From NCBI GenBank assembly GCA_052327205.1, contig CM126209.1, positions 82,894,001 through 82,958,000 on the forward strand: a DNA stretch of 64,000 nucleotides. The letters are read 5' to 3'. The DNA is from Somniosus microcephalus (taxonomy: Eukaryota). Every line of letters begins with the position of its first letter. Position 1 is the stretch's first letter. This document shows, in pieces, positions 59,538 through 64,000 of the stretch. Both the position numbers and the translations under genes were made by a program. The notes under the pieces are model-generated. The model had not been told where the DNA came from, made no database searches, and saw nothing but the letters and a program-made list of their open reading frames with translations.

Positions 59538-60119
59538 ACTTCAATAACCGTGCGCTGAACTGAAAACAAAAACAAACACAACTGGCCCAAGAAATCTGGG
59601 ATCCCCGGGAGCTGCCGGCATTTTCAGAAAGTGAAATCGAGACAGAAAACAATCTGCTGAATTTCCTCTATTGCTACATTAACATTCTTCAGTCAACATA
59701 GAAACAAGAAAACAAAATCAACTATTTGAATTTGTTCTCCTCCTCTGCACTATTTTGAATCCAGATTAACACCATTTTCACCGAGACAAACTTTTTTGCT
59801 CAATTCAAAAGTTAGGGTGAGAAAATAAAGGCAGACAAAAATGTCCCTGAAGTGGAATTACTTCAATGGGGGGAAAAAGTGCTACTGAGAGTTTTACTAA
59901 AATTGCTGGGACAGATTTTGAAAGTGTAGTACCTGTAATTCCATGGCAAAAATATTCACAAATAAATCAATAATTCAGGCTAATGACTGGCCCTTGAAGG
60001 GGCACATTAAGCCCAAATGGTTGAGTTTATCCAAGCAATCCAAAAGAAACACTTTTTTACAGCTACAAGAGAGGAACTATCTGCATTTGCCACAGTTTCC
60101 GTGTGTTAAGTGTCCACCT

Positions 60120-60637
60120 CTAAATGTCCGACACTTGAGACAGAATCCAGGTTCTGGGGTTGAGCTTGGCCCTGATGGAGCCCTTCTGACGGGGAGCGGG
60201 TACGGGCCTGGCCGCTGTTGCCTGGGCCGTGTCTTCACCCGGGACCTGGCTGGCCGGCCGGTGCTCCGGAGGAGGCGGTGCTAGTGCACGGTCCAGTGAG
60301 GAGCCTCTGACGGAGGAACACGGGGCTCGCCAGGAGTTCTCCTCCTGGCTCCGATCTGGGCGGGGATCCCCCGGCTGGTACGGCTGCTTCCCCGCCGGCG
60401 GAGTGGGAGCTGGCCTCTTCTTGGCTCTCCCCGGCGACGTTAGGGCGGGCTCAACCGTCCCATCTGGCGTCAGTACGTTCTTCTGGACGACTATGTTGTG
60501 GGTGCCGTCAAACAGAGCTGCCCACCGAGGAGGGTCGGACTCCTTCTGCTGACCCAGCAAGAACTCGCCGTCCGTCTCCTGGATTCTATTACGGATAACG
60601 TCCATCAGACTCTCGTCCTTCAGCGGAGACTCGACCT
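60120..60637 (-). CDS. RTKN2: Rhotekin-2 terminal coding exon
   Basis: Minus-strand acceptor tgttttacag at 60638 and stop TAG at 60120-60122. Peptide VESPLKDESLMDVIRNRIQETDGEFLLGQ..PPRWAALFDG..KKRPAPTPP..PVPAPRQKGSIRAKLNPRTWILSQV resembles the human RTKN2 C-terminus (..IEETNGQFLIGQ..PPPWATLFDG..KPVPAPRQKSIKDILDPRSWLQAQV). RTKN2 is the convergent neighbour of ARID5B in human. Confidence 0.9.
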
Positions 60638-60804
60638 CTGTAAAACATAGAATGCAGCTGATTATGGGGCTGTTTACCGGTAGTGGGATGGAGTCACAAT
60701 TCACTTGTGGCTCGATGCCTACAGTTTGATTATTTGAACAAACCCCCCCCCCCCGCCAAAAAAAAATCTCTGCACTGTAGACATGTTAAAAAAAATGGTG
60801 GTAC

Positions 60805-60962
60805 AAGAGAGAGAGGGGGCGACGAGACCAGAGAGGGAGAGGGCGATGGGCCCCAGAAAGAGAGAGGGGAGGGGGCGACGGGCCCGAGAGAGAGAGAGAC
60901 CAGAGAGAGAGAGAGACCAGAGAGAGAGAGAGACCAGAGAGAGAGAGACCAGAGAGAGACAG

Positions 60963-60998
<36 letters not shown>

Positions 60999-61965
60999 CC
61001 CGAGAGAGAAAGANNNNNNNNNNNNNNNNNNNNNNNNNNNNNNNNNNNNNNNNNNNNNNNNNNNNNNNNNNNNNNNNNNNNNNNNNNNNNNNNNNNNNNN
61101 NNNNNNNNNNNNNNNNNNNNNNNNNNNNNNNNNNNNNNNNNNNNNNNNNNNNNNNNNNNNNNNNNNNNNNNNNNNNNNNNNNNNNNNNNNNNNNNNAAGA
61201 GAGAGGGGAGGGGGCGACGGGCCCGAGAGAGAGAGAGAGACCAGAGAGAGAGAGAGACCAGAGAGAGAGAGAGAAAGAGAGAGAGACCGGCCCGAGAGAG
61301 AGAGTNNNNNNNNNNNNNNNNNNNNNNNNNNNNNNNNNNNNNNNNNNNNNNNNNNNNNNNNNNNNNNNNNNNNNNNNNNNNNNNNNNNNNNNNNNNNNNN
61401 NNNNNNNNNNNNNNNNNNNNNNNNNNNNNNNNNNNNNNNNNNNNNNNNNNNNNNNNNNNNNNNNNNNNNNNNNNNNNNNNNNNNNNNNNNNNNNNNNNNN
61501 NNNNNNNNNNNNNNNNNNNNNNNNNNNNNNNNNNNNNNNNNNNNNNNNNNNNNNNNNNNNNNNNNNNNNNNNNNNNNNNNNNNNNNNNNNNNNNNNNNNN
61601 NNNNNNNNNNNNNNNNNNNNNNNNNNNNNNNNNNNNNNNNNNNNNNNNNNNNNNNNNNNNNNNNNNNNGAGAAGGGGGGGGGGCGCGACGGGCCCCAGAG
61701 AGCGAGCGAGCGAGGGGGGCGACGGGCCCCAGAGAGAAGGGGGGGGGGGGCGTGACGGGCCCCAGAGAGCGAGCGAGAGAGAAGGGGGGGGGGGGGGCGC
61801 GACGGGCCCCAGAGAGCGAGCGAGCGAGAGAGGGGGGCGACGGGCCCCAGAGAGAAGGGGGGGGGGGGCGCGACCGGCCCCAGAGAGGAAGTGGTGGAGA
61901 GAGAGGGGAAAGAAAGGGTAAGAGAGAGGGAATGAGAGGGAGGGAGAGGGGTGAAGAGAAAAGGG
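60805..61965. repeat. GA/G-rich compound satellite (GGGGCGACGGGCCCCAGAGAG.. plus (GA)n) in the last RTKN2 intron
   Basis: Visible repeat containing two N gaps, at 61014-61196 and 61306-61668. Confidence 0.9.
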
Positions 61966-64000
61966 GGAACAAAAACTGATTTTTCTACTCTTATCCACAA
62001 GCAACTTAAGATCTGGTCAACTAGTTAATTTTTATTTTTCATTTCTGTTCATATTCTGCAGATGTCACCATTTTAAATCCCCCAAAGATCTTAAGTGTTT
62101 AAAGATCTGATTTCCAGAACTATTGAGAAATCATCAAGTATGGCAGAAATGACGTGAATTGTGAGAAATAACTTTCATTAAGTATTCGAGTATGTGGTCA
62201 CAACAAGTTGTGAAAGTATTTTTTTGACGTTTCATTTCCTCTCGGTTCAGCAGTTTACCTGAATCACCAAGTGTGGACACATTGTGACTCATCAGCAATG
62301 CTGGGAATTATGATTAGCTACTGCACAACATTAAATATCCCATGGTGGGAATCAGACCGTATATGGTAACAGCTGCAGGAAGATGTGGATTATTCACTGT
62401 GCTCGGTGATTTAAGTGTATTGTTTTTCCTCGCAGCCTTCCAAATTACTGTACAAATCATTAACGTGTTCACAATGGCCTTTTGTATGGACACTGTATGT
62501 GGGAAATAGCATTACAAATATGTTCTATTAATAATGTAAATTGTAATTCAGAAAATGTTTGCAAACACTAAACTGCCCTTTCACAGCATGTGGCATTAAA
62601 CAATGGCGTACAGCCCCACCTAGTGCGGAGACTGTAAACAGCAGCCGCTATACTTTTACAAACAAATACCACTTCCTACTCCAATATGGAAAGTCTGATT
62701 ATCGATAGGGTTGACTTTGGTTAAGGGAAGTGTATGCAAAAACCTGCCGGACTGCAAGCACATTTACGAGCATAGGATTTAGTCATACCGTGAAGTCTAT
62801 ATTACAAAACATCCACAAATAGGTTAGCCAGCATGTTCCATCCAAAGAGTCGGAGGCGCACAGCGCACGAGACAGAAGCCAATGTAATCGAGGACTGATG
62901 TAGAGAATGGAATCTAGGTTCCTTCAGAGGCCGTTATGTAGACACACTGCGCACGGGGTTGTCTGAAAAGTCATCCGGCCTCCCACAGTATGTTACAATC
63001 AAATATGCCTCTTGCGCATCCCCGATTTTAATCATCCCACCATTGGTGGCCGTGTCTTCAGCTGCCTAGGCCCTGAGCTCTGGAATTCCCTCCCTAAACC
63101 TCTCCGCCCTCTCTCTCGTCCTTTAAGACGCTCCTTAAAACCTACCTCTTTGCCCAAGCTTTTGGTCACCTGGCCTAATGCCATACAACACAGCACCTTA
63201 GTTCCACATGGCTTGGTTTTTTTTTTTAAAAAACACCTCTCTCTAAAAATAAGAAAACTGCTGCAAATATTCTGGCCGTGAATCACTCGATTCAGTTATA
63301 CAAGTTGCTGGTGTTTTAACCCTCCACACATGCTATCACTGGCACATAGGAAGGTCGTAAGAAGCAAATGTGCTTAAAGCAGGCTCCTCAGACATACGGG
63401 CGGGCAGGCCGGGGGGGTGGGGTGGGGGGAGGGGGGAGGCAAGAGAGGGAGAGATCTCCTTTGAGTGCTATAGGCAACAAAACCAGAAACCCCTTTATGA
63501 CGAACGGGTTTGCAATTCCACCCCAGTTGAAATCCCCATCTCGTCCCACCGACCCCGCAGGTCAACTGACAATTTGTAGTCATGCTCTTAAATTAAAAAC
63601 CTCCGCCCATTTAAATTAAAAACCTCCGCCCATTAATCAGAAGCAGGCAGGATCAGGGAAGAGAGAATTAGTGATCGGATCCCTGAACAGCAGAGAAATC
63701 AATAAATGCAGCCAGCCCATTTTTCGCTTTAGTCATTTGTTGAAATCCTGGTACAAAGGAGACAGAAACAACCTGTAGAAATATGAAGTGTATTAGACCT
63801 GAGTTTTATTGGGGGGGGCAGGGACCAAAAAAAGGAGAACTGTGCCAAATATCGTATTTTTGCTTTGCTTGGAGCTGGAGAATTAAGAACTTAACCTAAA
63901 AGAATACTGCAGACAAATAAGGAGTTAAAGAACAATGCAGCATACAAAGTTACAATGAAGTACAATTTTCACCCTGGCACATTTCAAAGAATGTGCCTTT

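Noticed and set aside
60683-62004. ~400-aa ORFs on both strands (RE-rich or SL-rich)
   Set aside because: They are translations of (GA)n satellite and N gaps.
62000-64000. Penultimate RTKN2 exon
   Set aside because: No segment resembling the expected upstream RTKN2 peptide with splice sites was recognised. It probably lies beyond the window.

Overview
Vertebrate genomic DNA, most likely from a shark or other cartilaginous fish, judged from SacSINE1-like Deu-domain SINEs, CR1/L2 LINEs and Penelope-type palindromic repeats. The + strand carries the 3' half of ARID5B: five coding exons at 6-210, 6671-6723, 10969-11066, 28842-29040 and 40983-43178, with consistent GT-AG boundaries and phases, followed by a ~2.1 kb 3'UTR. 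The terminal coding exon of RTKN2 lies on the - strand at 60120-60637, convergent with ARID5B as in human. The rest is intronic or intergenic, with many SINE, LINE, MITE and solo-LTR copies, two large minisatellites and two assembly gaps. The most notable observations are: (1) a ~6.3 kb array of a 31-bp unit enclosed by the terminal inverted repeats of a MITE-like element; (2) two related solo LTRs that both duplicated CCAG, one with its empty site visible in the window; (3) a ~300-bp direct duplication bracketing the ARID5B terminal exon; (4) six Pumilio elements in the ARID5B 3'UTR; (5) Asn at the position of human ARID5B K336; (6) an intronic cassette with CCAAT, TATA, Inr, splice donor and AATAAA; (7) a degenerate Penelope-type hammerhead ribozyme. 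I see no clear evidence of a wholly new gene system. All family assignments come from recognition by eye, not from database searches.
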